Shown here piece by piece: positions 26,053-35,465 of a stretch of DNA of 42,555 bases; position 1 is the first letter of the stretch, and every line of letters starts with the position of its first letter. The stretch comes from Patescibacteria group bacterium (GTDB taxonomy: Bacteria > Patescibacteriota > Microgenomatia > UBA8517): the NCBI GenBank assembly GCA_035291665.1, contig DATDRP010000001.1, forward strand, positions 289,127-331,681. Reading direction: 5' to 3'. The notes under the pieces are model-generated. The model made no database searches, had not been told where the DNA came from, and worked only from the letters and a program-made list of their open reading frames with translations. The position numbers were made by a program, and so were the translations under genes.

Positions 26053-27588
26053 TTATTTAATAATTCTTGAACCTGAAACTTTCTTTAAAATACTGTTTAC
26101 TGCCAGCTTATCAGACCACGGTTGTTCAATACCATCATAATTCATGCTTTTTTCATGTCCTTTTCCGAGGATCGCAACTATGTCCCCAGACTGAGCTGCT
26201 TTTACAGCAAACTCAATTGCCTTTGATCGGTCATGGACGATTGAGTAATATTTTTTATGCGTATCAAATGTATGCCGTCCTATTGAACTTACGAATTTGA
26301 GTTGTTTGGCATTTTTTATACCATATCTTATTTGCTCAATAATTTCAGACGCTTTTTCACTCCTGGGATCTTCTGAAGTCAAAACCGTTAAATCCGAAAA
26401 TTTCGAGCTAATCTTACCCATCCGGGGACGTTTATTTTTATCTCTTTCTCCGGCGCATCCAAACACAGTAATTAGTTTATTTGCATGAAGCGTTTTGAAA
26501 TATTGTAAAACAGCCTCCATTGATTCCGGAGTATGGGCAAAATCTATATAAATTTGAATTCCAAGCTTGTTGGGAACCTTTTCCAATCTGCCAATGATCG
26601 GCTTAACATTCCTGATCGAATCTATAATTTTATTAATCGGTAGTCCGAGCGTATGACAAACGGCAATGGCAGCCGCGATGTTTAATAAATTAAACTTACC
26701 ATGAAGTGATGTGGTTCCGATTAATTTCTGATTTTTGTAGTTTAAAATAAAATTAACATATTTACCGGTGTCCACCTCTTCGATCTTGTAATCCGACTTA
26801 GATTTAGTTGAATAAGAATATTTTGGTTTATTCAATTGAATCAAATCTTTTATTGATTTATCATCGGCATTACCGATCATTTTTTTGGAATGTTGGAACA
26901 ATTTAAATTTAGTGTTTTTATAATCAGTTAAATTTTTATGGTAATCCAAATGCTCGGGAGCAATATTGGTAAGAACCGCAATTTCGAACTTCAATCCAAA
27001 TATTCTTCCTTGATCAATCCCGTGGGAGCTTACCTCCAAAACAACGTATTTTGCATGTTCTTTTACCATGTCTTTTAAAAGCCTGTGAAGAAGCATTGGC
27101 TCGGGATTTGTCACATGCAATCCAATTTTTGTAGTAATATTACCCACCTTTGCGCCAATAGTTGATATCAAACCGGCTTTAAACCCATTTTGACGTAGAA
27201 TTTGGTAGACAATGCTCGAAGTTGTAGTTTTTCCTTTGGTTCCGGTAACTCCGATAAGTTTGAGTTTTGATGACGGATTTCCATACCACCAGGAAGCAAT
27301 CAAAGATAAAGCTTGGCGGGTATTTTCAGCCTGTATATAAATATATTCGTTATCGTTAATTTGATATTTATTATCAACCACCACGACAGATGCTATTCGC
27401 TTGATGATTTCTACATCTTTATGCGAATCATACCGAAAACCCCGTATGGCCACAAACAAATTATTTATTTTACAAATCCGGCTGTCTTCACTAATTCCCG
27501 ATATTGAAACATCCCGACTTGTAGCATTTAACAGTTTGAAATTATATTTTTTGTCTCGAAGAAAGTTTATTAACGAGGATAATTTCAT
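26053..27588 (-). CDS. murE: UDP-MurNAc-L-Ala-D-Glu:diamino-acid ligase MurE
   Basis: P-loop GVTGTKGKTTT and Mur ligase domains. TSEDPRSE sits at the position of the diamino-acid-specificity DNPR motif. Confidence 0.95.
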   Translation of the reverse strand: MKLSSLINFLRDKKYNFKLLNATSRDVSISGISEDSRICKINNLFVAIRGFRYDSHKDVEIIKRIASVVVVDNKYQINDNEYIYIQAENTRQALSLIASWWYGNPSSKLKLIGVTGTKGKTTTSSIVYQILRQNGFKAGLISTIGAKVGNITTKIGLHVTNPEPMLLHRLLKDMVKEHAKYVVLEVSSHGIDQGRIFGLKFEIAVLTNIAPEHLDYHKNLTDYKNTKFKLFQHSKKMIGNADDKSIKDLIQLNKPKYSYSTKSKSDYKIEEVDTGKYVNFILNYKNQKLIGTTSLHGKFNLLNIAAAIAVCHTLGLPINKIIDSIRNVKPIIGRLEKVPNKLGIQIYIDFAHTPESMEAVLQYFKTLHANKLITVFGCAGERDKNKRPRMGKISSKFSDLTVLTSEDPRSEKASEIIEQIRYGIKNAKQLKFVSSIGRHTFDTHKKYYSIVHDRSKAIEFAVKAAQSGDIVAILGKGHEKSMNYDGIEQPWSDKLAVNSILKKVSGSRIIK

Positions 27589-28877
27589 GATATCTCTTCT
27601 ATGTTTGCACCGAGTTTTTTAAGATTATCAGAAAAATGAGGATGGCCTCTATATAAACTATCGGCATTTAAAATAATGGACTCCCCATCCGCCATCATGC
27701 ATGCCATAACCATTGCCACAACCGCCCGTATAATGTACGGGGCTTCAAGCGTGTCTCCATGAAGATGCGATCCTGCAACGGTAATAATTCTGTGCTGATC
27801 ACACATTATTATATTTGCACCCAATTTTGTTAATTCGCTTGTCCAAAAAAGCCCGGAATCATACATCCAGTTATGAAAAAGGGTTACCCCCCTGTCCGCA
27901 GAAAGAGCAATCGGGATGAATATCGGTAATAAATCGACAGGCAGAGATGGCCACGGTTGGGCTTTAACTGTTAAAAAATCCCTACCTTCCCCATCAGGAA
28001 TGATTTTTACTTTTTCACTGTCCGGAATATAAGCAGTGTTTTTATTGTAATGGACGCGTAATCCGAATTTGGAAAAAATATAATTAATATGCCGGAACAA
28101 ATCCGGTTCTGCATTATGAACACTAATTACACCTTTGGTTACAACACTCAATGCCAAAAACGTAGCAATTTCATAGTGATCACTCAACAGCCTGTATTTC
28201 GTTTTTGATAGCGAATGATTACCATTAATGGTTAATAAATTGCTGCCAATGCCTTGAATATCACTTCCGGCTGAATTCAAGAAATTGCAAAAATCCTGAA
28301 CTTGAGGTTCGGATGCGGCCCCAACTATTTCAGTTTTACCTTTTAATGTAACTGCAAGACTAACTGCATTTTCTGTAGCAGTTGGGCTCATTTCCGTTAA
28401 CCAAAATGAGTTCGAATGAGCTTTCCCGGCATCCATTACAATTCCACTGGACGATAAATTAACTTTGACTCCTAAATCTTCAAAAGCCTGATAATGCGGA
28501 AGCAGCGTTCTGTATCCAAGCGTGCATCCCCCGGGTAAACCCGAGAAATCTACCTTACCAAATCTTGCCAGCATCGGACCCCATAAAAGCGACGTCCCGC
28601 GCATTGCACTCCAATCGTCTTTATCAACTTTCTCAAAAGAAAGATGTCTGTTATCGATTAAAAGCGAAGAATTTTCCTTATCCCAATTTATGATGCTACC
28701 GAGCTTTTCCAAAATAGTCACCATTTTTGTTACATCCGTAATATCCGGGACATTTTGAATCTCGACCGGTTCATCGAATAAAAGTGTTGCAGGAATTATA
28801 GCAACAGCAGAATTTTTCGATCCGGAAGGATCTATTTCGCCGTTAAGCTTTTGACCGCCTTTAATCCTAATATTCAC
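27585..28877 (-). CDS. murA: UDP-GlcNAc 1-carboxyvinyltransferase MurA
   Basis: IKGGQKLNGEI..SGSKNSA N-terminus and the active-site loop LPGGCTLGYR with the catalytic Cys. GTG start. The stop overlaps the murE start (4 nt). Confidence 0.95.
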   Translation of the reverse strand: MNIRIKGGQKLNGEIDPSGSKNSAVAIIPATLLFDEPVEIQNVPDITDVTKMVTILEKLGSIINWDKENSSLLIDNRHLSFEKVDKDDWSAMRGTSLLWGPMLARFGKVDFSGLPGGCTLGYRTLLPHYQAFEDLGVKVNLSSSGIVMDAGKAHSNSFWLTEMSPTATENAVSLAVTLKGKTEIVGAASEPQVQDFCNFLNSAGSDIQGIGSNLLTINGNHSLSKTKYRLLSDHYEIATFLALSVVTKGVISVHNAEPDLFRHINYIFSKFGLRVHYNKNTAYIPDSEKVKIIPDGEGRDFLTVKAQPWPSLPVDLLPIFIPIALSADRGVTLFHNWMYDSGLFWTSELTKLGANIIMCDQHRIITVAGSHLHGDTLEAPYIIRAVVAMVMACMMADGESIILNADSLYRGHPHFSDNLKKLGANIEEIS

Positions 28878-28899
28878 GCTTATACTGTGAGAAATTATA

Positions 28900-30609
28900 C
28901 TACTTTTCGGGCATCATACCAAAATAAAAAAACAGTTCTTTAGCGATAGAATACCAAAGAGGTGCGGCTGTTTCTGATGCCCATTGTGAGGACTTTGGTT
29001 CTTTTAGGGTTACAAGCATCACAAACTTCGGGTCATCATATGGGGCAAATCCGATGAAACTTGCAATCGTTTTTTCAGCATCATAATGTCCTTCAACGGG
29101 GATTTGTGCCGTACCGGTTTTACCGGCAACTTTGAATCCTGAAAGGTATGTCCACTTTGACTCTCCGCTTTTTGCTGCTTCGACCATCATCATTGTCATC
29201 TTTGAGGCTGCCTCCGGAGATATTATTCTTCCTTCGCTTTGAGGCTTAATCGGATTGACCTGATTATCAATTACCACTCCTTTCACCACCTGCGGTTTCA
29301 TCATCACCCCTTTATTTGCAATTGCTGCTACTGCTTTTGTTAGCTGCATCGGAGTGACAGCTATTCCTTGTCCGAAACTCGAAGTCAGTAAATCAACTTC
29401 TTTCCAGTCCCGATCAGGCCGAAGTTGGGGTGTCATTTCACCCTGAAGATCGATTCCCGTCAATTCACCAATCTTAAATTTTTTCAGGTAAGTGATCATT
29501 CTCTCAATACCCATCCGTCTGGCAACATATGCCATACCTACGTTATCCGAATTGATAATAACTTGAGTCATAGTTGAGCCGGGATGATAAACGTCGTTCC
29601 AAGTCCCAATTGTGTATTTATCAATATGTAAAGGACCAAAACATAGGTCGCAAATTGTATCCGGCTCCACAACTCCAGCATCCAGCGCGGATGACATCGC
29701 TACAACTTTAAATACCGATCCGGGCTCAAATGACTGTGAAATGGTCGGGTTTAAGAACAAATTGTCGGAATAATTCCAATAGTTTTCAGGATCATAAGAA
29801 GGAAAATTTGACATAGCAAGTATTCCACCCGTTTTTGGGTCCATTACTATTGCCGTCCCCTGAACCGCTCCATATGCGGCGATGCCTTTTTCCAAGTTTT
29901 TATCGACATAAAATTGAATTGTCTTATCTATATTTGTTAAAAGATCAACTCCGGCTATAGATGATATTTTTGAAAAATCTCCTGTCAGGATCGGATCACC
30001 CTTGATATCAAAATCCCCGACCCGGACACCTTTTTTTGACGTAAGAGCGTTGTTGTAAAAACCTTCCAATCCAAAATAACCTTCGTCATTCCCTTCCGAA
30101 TTTTTTCCGACAAATCCCAATAGGTGGGCTGACATTGAAGCTTCAGGATAATATCTTACCTCCTGTTCTTCAAAACCAAGGTGGTCAATTTCCTCTCTCT
30201 CAATTTTTTCTTTCAATACATCATCAATTCTTCCTTTCAATGCAACCCAGTATAATTTTTTATTGCCGAGAAGATTTTTTACCCTGGAGGCTTCTTCCAA
30301 AATTCCTGCTCTGTCATCAGTATCTTTTGAAAAAATCAAAGATAATTTATCCGCAACTCTATCTGCCTCTTCTATCTTGTTGGGTTCAGCATATAAGAGC
30401 CATGATCTTTCTGAGGTCACCATCCAGGTTCCATCCGATGCCAAAATACTCCCTCTCTGAGAATTAATCGTGCCTCTTCGGGTATGCTGGAATTTTACCC
30501 TTTCAGAGAGTGTTTGAGCTTTTATGACTTGCCAATAAAAAAGCCGGGAAATAATTATCACAAATCCTAAAAATATAAAAATCGCTAATAGTCTAACTCT
30601 TCCCAGCAT
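28900..30609 (-). CDS. ftsI: class B penicillin-binding protein / transpeptidase FtsI
   Basis: N-terminal TM anchor, dimerisation domain, and transpeptidase motifs SVFK (SxxK), SDN (SxN) and KTGT. Confidence 0.93.
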   Translation of the reverse strand: MLGRVRLLAIFIFLGFVIIISRLFYWQVIKAQTLSERVKFQHTRRGTINSQRGSILASDGTWMVTSERSWLLYAEPNKIEEADRVADKLSLIFSKDTDDRAGILEEASRVKNLLGNKKLYWVALKGRIDDVLKEKIEREEIDHLGFEEQEVRYYPEASMSAHLLGFVGKNSEGNDEGYFGLEGFYNNALTSKKGVRVGDFDIKGDPILTGDFSKISSIAGVDLLTNIDKTIQFYVDKNLEKGIAAYGAVQGTAIVMDPKTGGILAMSNFPSYDPENYWNYSDNLFLNPTISQSFEPGSVFKVVAMSSALDAGVVEPDTICDLCFGPLHIDKYTIGTWNDVYHPGSTMTQVIINSDNVGMAYVARRMGIERMITYLKKFKIGELTGIDLQGEMTPQLRPDRDWKEVDLLTSSFGQGIAVTPMQLTKAVAAIANKGVMMKPQVVKGVVIDNQVNPIKPQSEGRIISPEAASKMTMMMVEAAKSGESKWTYLSGFKVAGKTGTAQIPVEGHYDAEKTIASFIGFAPYDDPKFVMLVTLKEPKSSQWASETAAPLWYSIAKELFFYFGMMPEK

Positions 30610-30622
30610 ATAAATTAATTTT

Positions 30623-30925
30623 TTAACGAAGTTCTGCGACGGGTTCTTCCCCGTTTATGTAAAGTATATTGTCTGAAGTTGAAAATCCAAGAGAGGACGA
30701 CTTTTCATATACTTGTTGAAGAGATGTCTTCGAGTAAAGTTCAGATGCAACTTTTCTGTTTTCCTCCTGCAACTCTTCGATTTTTCTTTGCAGTGTAATT
30801 GACTTATCAGACATCGTCACCGAAAACAATGTAATAACAACCCCGTTTACAATAAACAAACCTATCATTAATAAAGCTACCAAAAGTTTTAAACTGACTT
30901 TTATTTGTCGTTTATTTTTACTCAT
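30623..30925 (-). CDS. ftsL: FtsL/DivIC-like division protein
   Basis: 100-aa bitopic protein (one TM helix plus a coiled coil, LQRKIEELQEENRKV) at the conserved rsmH-ftsI position. 4-nt overlap with rsmH. Confidence 0.7.
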   Translation of the reverse strand: MSKNKRQIKVSLKLLVALLMIGLFIVNGVVITLFSVTMSDKSITLQRKIEELQEENRKVASELYSKTSLQQVYEKSSSLGFSTSDNILYINGEEPVAELR

Positions 30926-31893
30926 AATTTCTTTAATATTCTTAATTTTGCGCTTCTGGAGCGCGGATTTTTCCGAATCTCTGAGTCCTTCGGTACTAAC
31001 GGTTTTTCAGTCAAAACCATGCCCTTGCCATTATTTTTACAATTCCTGAAATAATCCTTTACAATCTTGTCTTCCATAGAATGGAAACTTATTACTGCAA
31101 AAACGCCATCTTTTTTTAATAATGAGAGAGCTTTAGGTAAAACAATTTCCAAATTTTCCAATTCTGAATTTACGGCGATTCTTAAAGCCATAAAAGGAAT
31201 TGTTGATACATTAATTTTTTGTTTTCTTGACCGCTTTTGGCTTAAACCCGATTTTTCGATGACTGTCAAAAAATCTCCAACCGTTTGTATTTTCCTTAAT
31301 CTACGATAAGATATGATGCTGCCGACCAGTCTTTTCACCGAACGAAACTCCATATAATCCGAAAATAGCATTTCAAGCTTATCTTCGGGGAGGGCATTCA
31401 AAAGATCGGACGCCTTAACCCCCTGTAATCCGGGATTTAATCTCATATCAAGATCGCCTTGGGAATTTTTGAACGAAAATCCGCGATGATGATCGTCCAT
31501 ATGAACACTGCTTACTCCCAAATCGATTAAAATCCCGTCGAGCGAATCGATTCCTGCGTTTTTAACGATACTAGTGAGGTTTATAAAATTGTCGTTGAAG
31601 ATGATGAACGACTCGTCCAAATTATCAGCTGGGCAGGCTGGGTAGACCTTACATACCTCATTCAAAGTCTTCCTGGCAATTTTGACGAGTTCCGGGTCAG
31701 CTTCAATACCAATAATAAGACCACCTCTTGTAACAATCGCAGACGCGTGGCCTCCGGCTCCTAATGTTAAATCCGCAAATACTTTTTTATCTTTTATGGA
31801 AACAAGATGTTGTAAAGGTGCTTTTGGCAAGCCAAAATATTCTACTACCTCATCAACCATTACGGGTGTATGAGAGTTTTCATTGCCTACCAT
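30922..31893 (-). CDS. rsmH: 16S rRNA (cytosine1402-N4)-methyltransferase RsmH
   Basis: HTPVMVDEV, DLTLGAGGHA, DLGVSS and SFHSMEDKIVK motifs of the MraW/RsmH family. Confidence 0.95.
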   Translation of the reverse strand: MVGNENSHTPVMVDEVVEYFGLPKAPLQHLVSIKDKKVFADLTLGAGGHASAIVTRGGLIIGIEADPELVKIARKTLNEVCKVYPACPADNLDESFIIFNDNFINLTSIVKNAGIDSLDGILIDLGVSSVHMDDHHRGFSFKNSQGDLDMRLNPGLQGVKASDLLNALPEDKLEMLFSDYMEFRSVKRLVGSIISYRRLRKIQTVGDFLTVIEKSGLSQKRSRKQKINVSTIPFMALRIAVNSELENLEIVLPKALSLLKKDGVFAVISFHSMEDKIVKDYFRNCKNNGKGMVLTEKPLVPKDSEIRKNPRSRSAKLRILKKL

Positions 31894-31899
31894 GTTAAA

Positions 31900-32334
31900 T
31901 TACTGCCTGTTTTTGACAAGCTTTTCTACCAATTGATCCGCACTTTCCTGTATTAGTTTTTCTTTTTCGCTCCAAGATTTTTTATTCCAGATCTCAAATC
32001 TCTCCCCAAGTCCAATAAAAACTACATCGTCGACTAAATTTGCGTATTCGCGAAGAATCTGAGGAACAACAAACCGCCCCTGCGTATCCATGTCTGCTTC
32101 GAAAGCAGAACCCAAAAGAAATCTTTCTGTTTCCCGGACAGAAAGCGAAGCTGTATCTTCCGTGCCTATCAGATTTTGTACCATTCCCATAAATTTTTCC
32201 TGAGGTAAAGCGACCAAACAACCTTCCAGCCATTTAGTGACTACTATCTTGTCACCCAATTCGCGCCGAAATCTTGCCGGTATGGCAAGTCTACCCTTCT
32301 CAGTTAAAGTTGCACCAAATTGTCCGACGAGCAT
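31900..32334 (-). CDS. mraZ: transcriptional regulator MraZ
   Basis: Two SpoVT/AbrB-like repeats (KGRLAIPARFRREL and QGRFVVPQILREYA). It is the first gene of the dcw cluster. Confidence 0.95.
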   Translation of the reverse strand: MLVGQFGATLTEKGRLAIPARFRRELGDKIVVTKWLEGCLVALPQEKFMGMVQNLIGTEDTASLSVRETERFLLGSAFEADMDTQGRFVVPQILREYANLVDDVVFIGLGERFEIWNKKSWSEKEKLIQESADQLVEKLVKNRQ

Positions 32335-32377
32335 TTTTTTGAACTTCTAAAGTGATATAGAAAATAATGATATCAAT

Positions 32378-32394
32378 ACACTTTTCACCACTTT
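32378..32394 (-). promoter_or_regulatory. candidate MraZ operator (direct repeats AAAGTGG / AAAGTGT, 10-nt period)
   Basis: The minus strand reads AAAGTGG-TGA-AAAGTGT just downstream of the putative -10. It resembles the AAAGTG[G/T] MraZ boxes described in Mollicutes. A third, inverted AAAGTGA lies at 32349-32355. Confidence 0.4.
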
Positions 32395-32399
32395 AAACC

Positions 32400-32428
32400 A
32401 TTCTTATACATTTTCACGCAACTGTCAA
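32400..32428 (-). promoter_or_regulatory. putative mraZ/dcw promoter
   Basis: On the minus strand: TTGACA (32428-32423), 17-nt spacer, AAGAAT (32405-32400). The alternative -10 TATAAG has only a 14-nt spacer. Confidence 0.35.
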
Positions 32429-32477
32429 GCCAAAAAGAACCCGAAATCACCACTCGGATTTTCTTGTGTAAATCTTT

Positions 32478-33212
32478 TTAGCTTGCCTTAATGAAGATTC
32501 CTAATGAAGTTTCAGAGTCAACCTCATGCCAATTATTTTTATCCCATAGAAATACTTTGCCATCACCCTGAATTTCAACTTTTCCTCTGACATTAGATTC
32601 TTTTGTAAAAACTCCATATGGTCCCGTTAAATTGGTGTATGTTGAGTCCGGAAGCCCGAAAACGTTCATTACAATATAAAAGCCATCGAGCTCATCATCC
32701 GACTTGAACGTTAATTTCCCATCGGCAGACTTCAGTTCGTCTGTTTTGGATAGAAGTTTAAAATCCGTAGATAATTTGCCGATAAGTTTACCTTTATCAT
32801 TTCTGAACCGAAGAGTAAGAACTCCTGATTCCACGCCTGCGTCATATCTGAATTTTCCCGAAGACTCAGACCCCAATAATAATTCCCTTACTATCGGGCC
32901 GGATTCATTTGCAAGTTTTATCGTTCCTGGCACCCCTTGCGTTCGCCCGTCTTCGACTTGATACACGAGTTCATAGTCCAAGGTTGAGGCGTCAATGCCT
33001 ATATCGGTTATCGTCAATGTCAGCCAATGTCCGTCAACGGAAGGAATAAGCGACACAATCGGTCTGTCCTCGATAGAAATTTCAGCAACGGTTTCTTCGT
33101 CGATTGGGGACTCTTCAACCTTATCTTTTTTTGAGAACTTGACAAATATTATCGCTCCGACGACAACAATTAATCCAATTCCAACCAAAATGAAGGGTAT
33201 AAATTTTTTCAT
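32478..33212 (-). CDS. hypothetical membrane-anchored/secreted protein
   Basis: 244-aa ORF with an N-terminal TM or signal anchor (FIPFILVGIGLIVVVGAIIFV) and a beta-rich remainder. No motif recognised. Confidence 0.6.
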   Translation of the reverse strand: MKKFIPFILVGIGLIVVVGAIIFVKFSKKDKVEESPIDEETVAEISIEDRPIVSLIPSVDGHWLTLTITDIGIDASTLDYELVYQVEDGRTQGVPGTIKLANESGPIVRELLLGSESSGKFRYDAGVESGVLTLRFRNDKGKLIGKLSTDFKLLSKTDELKSADGKLTFKSDDELDGFYIVMNVFGLPDSTYTNLTGPYGVFTKESNVRGKVEIQGDGKVFLWDKNNWHEVDSETSLGIFIKAS

Positions 33213-33285
33213 GAGAATATTTATCTGACTGTTAAATTGTTAAACTAATACAAAATTAAGTCAAGATGTTGTGCTAAGAAATAAT

Positions 33286-34665
33286 TTAAGAATTCAATTT
33301 ATGCTCAAACCAACTCTCAAGCTCACCAACAGGGACTCTTTCCTGATTAGCACTATCTCTATCTCTAACTGTTACGGTATCATCTTCAAGAGTCTGGAAA
33401 TCGATTGTGACGCACCAGGGTGTACCAATCTCATCCTGCGCGAAGTAACGTTTCCCGATGTTCCCCCTTTCATCAAAAACAGTATTCAGTTTGAGTTTAA
33501 GATTAAGATAAATATCCTTAGCCTTATCCACCAATTCCGGTTTGTTTGCCAATAATGGGAAAACCGCAGCTTTATATGGAGCAATTTTGGGATTAAGCTT
33601 TAAAACCACCCTTTCACCATCTTCAAAATATGAATCAAATAGGATAATTCCGGTTAAGCGGGATAACCCGAATGTTGGTTCCACTACATGCGGAATAAAG
33701 GATTTTCCGCTTTCAGGATCAGGATAGGATAAATCCTTCCCGGACTTTTCGGAATGATTCTTAAGGTCATAATCTGTTCTATAAGCAATCCCAAACATCT
33801 CTTTCCATCCGAACGGATACTTATATTCGATATCCATCGTCTTTTTGGAATAAAACGATCTTTCAAATTCCTCATGCTCCCGCCATTTAAGATTTTCTTC
33901 ATTGATACCCAAAGATAACGCCCACTTCCACATGTCGTCCTGCCACATTTTGTATACTTCTTCCCAATTTTCAGGTTTTATAAAATACTCAAATTCCATC
34001 AGATCAAACTCGAGTGTCCTATGGGTAAACTGACCCATTGTGATCTCGTTTCTGTAGGCTTTCCCGATTTGTGCAATACCGAACGGCACCTTTACCCTGG
34101 TGGAATTCAGGACGTTTTTAAAATTCAAAAAAATACCCTGGGCAATTTCCCCTCGAAGATATGCGAGGTTTTTTCCTTCCTCCAAAACTCCGAGTTTTAC
34201 TTCAACGAGCTGGTTAAATTTTCGAACCTTAGTCCAATTGGTTTTACCGCATTTAGGGCATTTTATTTTGTTGTCGGAAATTATCTTATCGAGTTCGGAA
34301 AGGACCAGGCCTTCAACTTTTTTATCAGGCAGAACGTCTTCTATCAAATGATCAGCCCGGTAACGGTTATGGCATTCCATGCAATCAAGCATTGCATCAT
34401 TGAATCCGGTAACATGACCTGAAGCGTCCCATACCTCAGACCGGAGAATTGTTGATGCATCAACTCCGACCATATCTGAACGATCCAAAACGTAATGCTT
34501 CCACCAAAGATCGCGGATATTGTTTTTCAGGAGCGTCCCGACAGGGCCAAAATCCCAAACATTAGCCAGCCCGCCATATAATTCCGATGACGGAAAAACA
34601 AAACCTCTTCTTTTACAAAGAGCAGTAACTTTATCCATTAAGTTGGAAGAATTATTATCCGCCAT
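33286..34665 (-). CDS. glyQS: glycyl-tRNA synthetase (alpha2 type)
   Basis: RRGFVFPSSELYGGLANVWDFGPVG N-terminus, class II motifs and a C-terminal anticodon-binding domain. ATG at 34665 (MADNN...) or 34689. Confidence 0.95.
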   Translation of the reverse strand: MADNNSSNLMDKVTALCKRRGFVFPSSELYGGLANVWDFGPVGTLLKNNIRDLWWKHYVLDRSDMVGVDASTILRSEVWDASGHVTGFNDAMLDCMECHNRYRADHLIEDVLPDKKVEGLVLSELDKIISDNKIKCPKCGKTNWTKVRKFNQLVEVKLGVLEEGKNLAYLRGEIAQGIFLNFKNVLNSTRVKVPFGIAQIGKAYRNEITMGQFTHRTLEFDLMEFEYFIKPENWEEVYKMWQDDMWKWALSLGINEENLKWREHEEFERSFYSKKTMDIEYKYPFGWKEMFGIAYRTDYDLKNHSEKSGKDLSYPDPESGKSFIPHVVEPTFGLSRLTGIILFDSYFEDGERVVLKLNPKIAPYKAAVFPLLANKPELVDKAKDIYLNLKLKLNTVFDERGNIGKRYFAQDEIGTPWCVTIDFQTLEDDTVTVRDRDSANQERVPVGELESWFEHKLNS

Positions 34666-34847
34666 ATTTTTATAATTATATCTTTTCAAAGATCTCTTAT
34701 CCAGAGATATACTTGAAGACAGTAAGTTGCTTTAATTTCCCATCGCCAAAAAAACCATTCAGACCGAATAGAAAAAATTGAGAAGCATCTTAATCTTACT
34801 TCGTATACTTAACTTCATACTCTTGCAGCTTATGTTATTATTTTTTA

Positions 34848-35423
34848 ATGACATCAAGAACCCACGATATGATCGCATTTGCTTCCCTTTTGACGGTTGC
34901 GACGTACTATACCCCCGAAAATCTCAACCTGGGAACCGCAATTGCCGTTCTTATTGGTTGCACAATAGGATCTTTAATTCCGGACATGGACCAGGCTACC
35001 AACCGCTTATGGGACTTTCTTCCGGCCGGAAATTTTTTCGGAAAAATTCTTCGAAATCTGATGATGCAGCATCGGACCATCTCTCACTCAGCCTTGGGAG
35101 TATATCTTTTATATATGATATTAACTTGGTTATTACCCAGAATTTTTAATCCTAATTTCATTGCAACCAATTTAGTCGTTGCAAGTATATTAATCGGAGT
35201 GGTTTCTCACATTGCTGCTGATGCTCTTACCAAAGAAGGTGTCCCGATTCTATTTCCTTTTCCTTTCAAAATCGGATTTCCCCCTTTCAAGTTCTTACGT
35301 ATAACGACCGGAAAATTTATTGAGAAAATAATTATTTTCCCGGGAGTAATTTTATACATCATTTGGCTTGTTTCAACACATAAAGAAGAGCTTTTTACTT
35401 TAGTCAAACATATAAAATATTAA
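34848..35423 (+). CDS. YdjM/DUF457-like membrane-bound metal-dependent hydrolase
   Basis: THDMIAF, LIPDMDQ, HRTISHS and SHIAADALTKEGVPILFPF match the YdjM family pattern. Multiple TM helices. Confidence 0.8.
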   Translation: MTSRTHDMIAFASLLTVATYYTPENLNLGTAIAVLIGCTIGSLIPDMDQATNRLWDFLPAGNFFGKILRNLMMQHRTISHSALGVYLLYMILTWLLPRIFNPNFIATNLVVASILIGVVSHIAADALTKEGVPILFPFPFKIGFPPFKFLRITTGKFIEKIIIFPGVILYIIWLVSTHKEELFTLVKHIKY

Positions 35424-35465
35424 GCTTCAAACCCAAGGGGAGAAATTTAATTCTGAAGCATTTTT

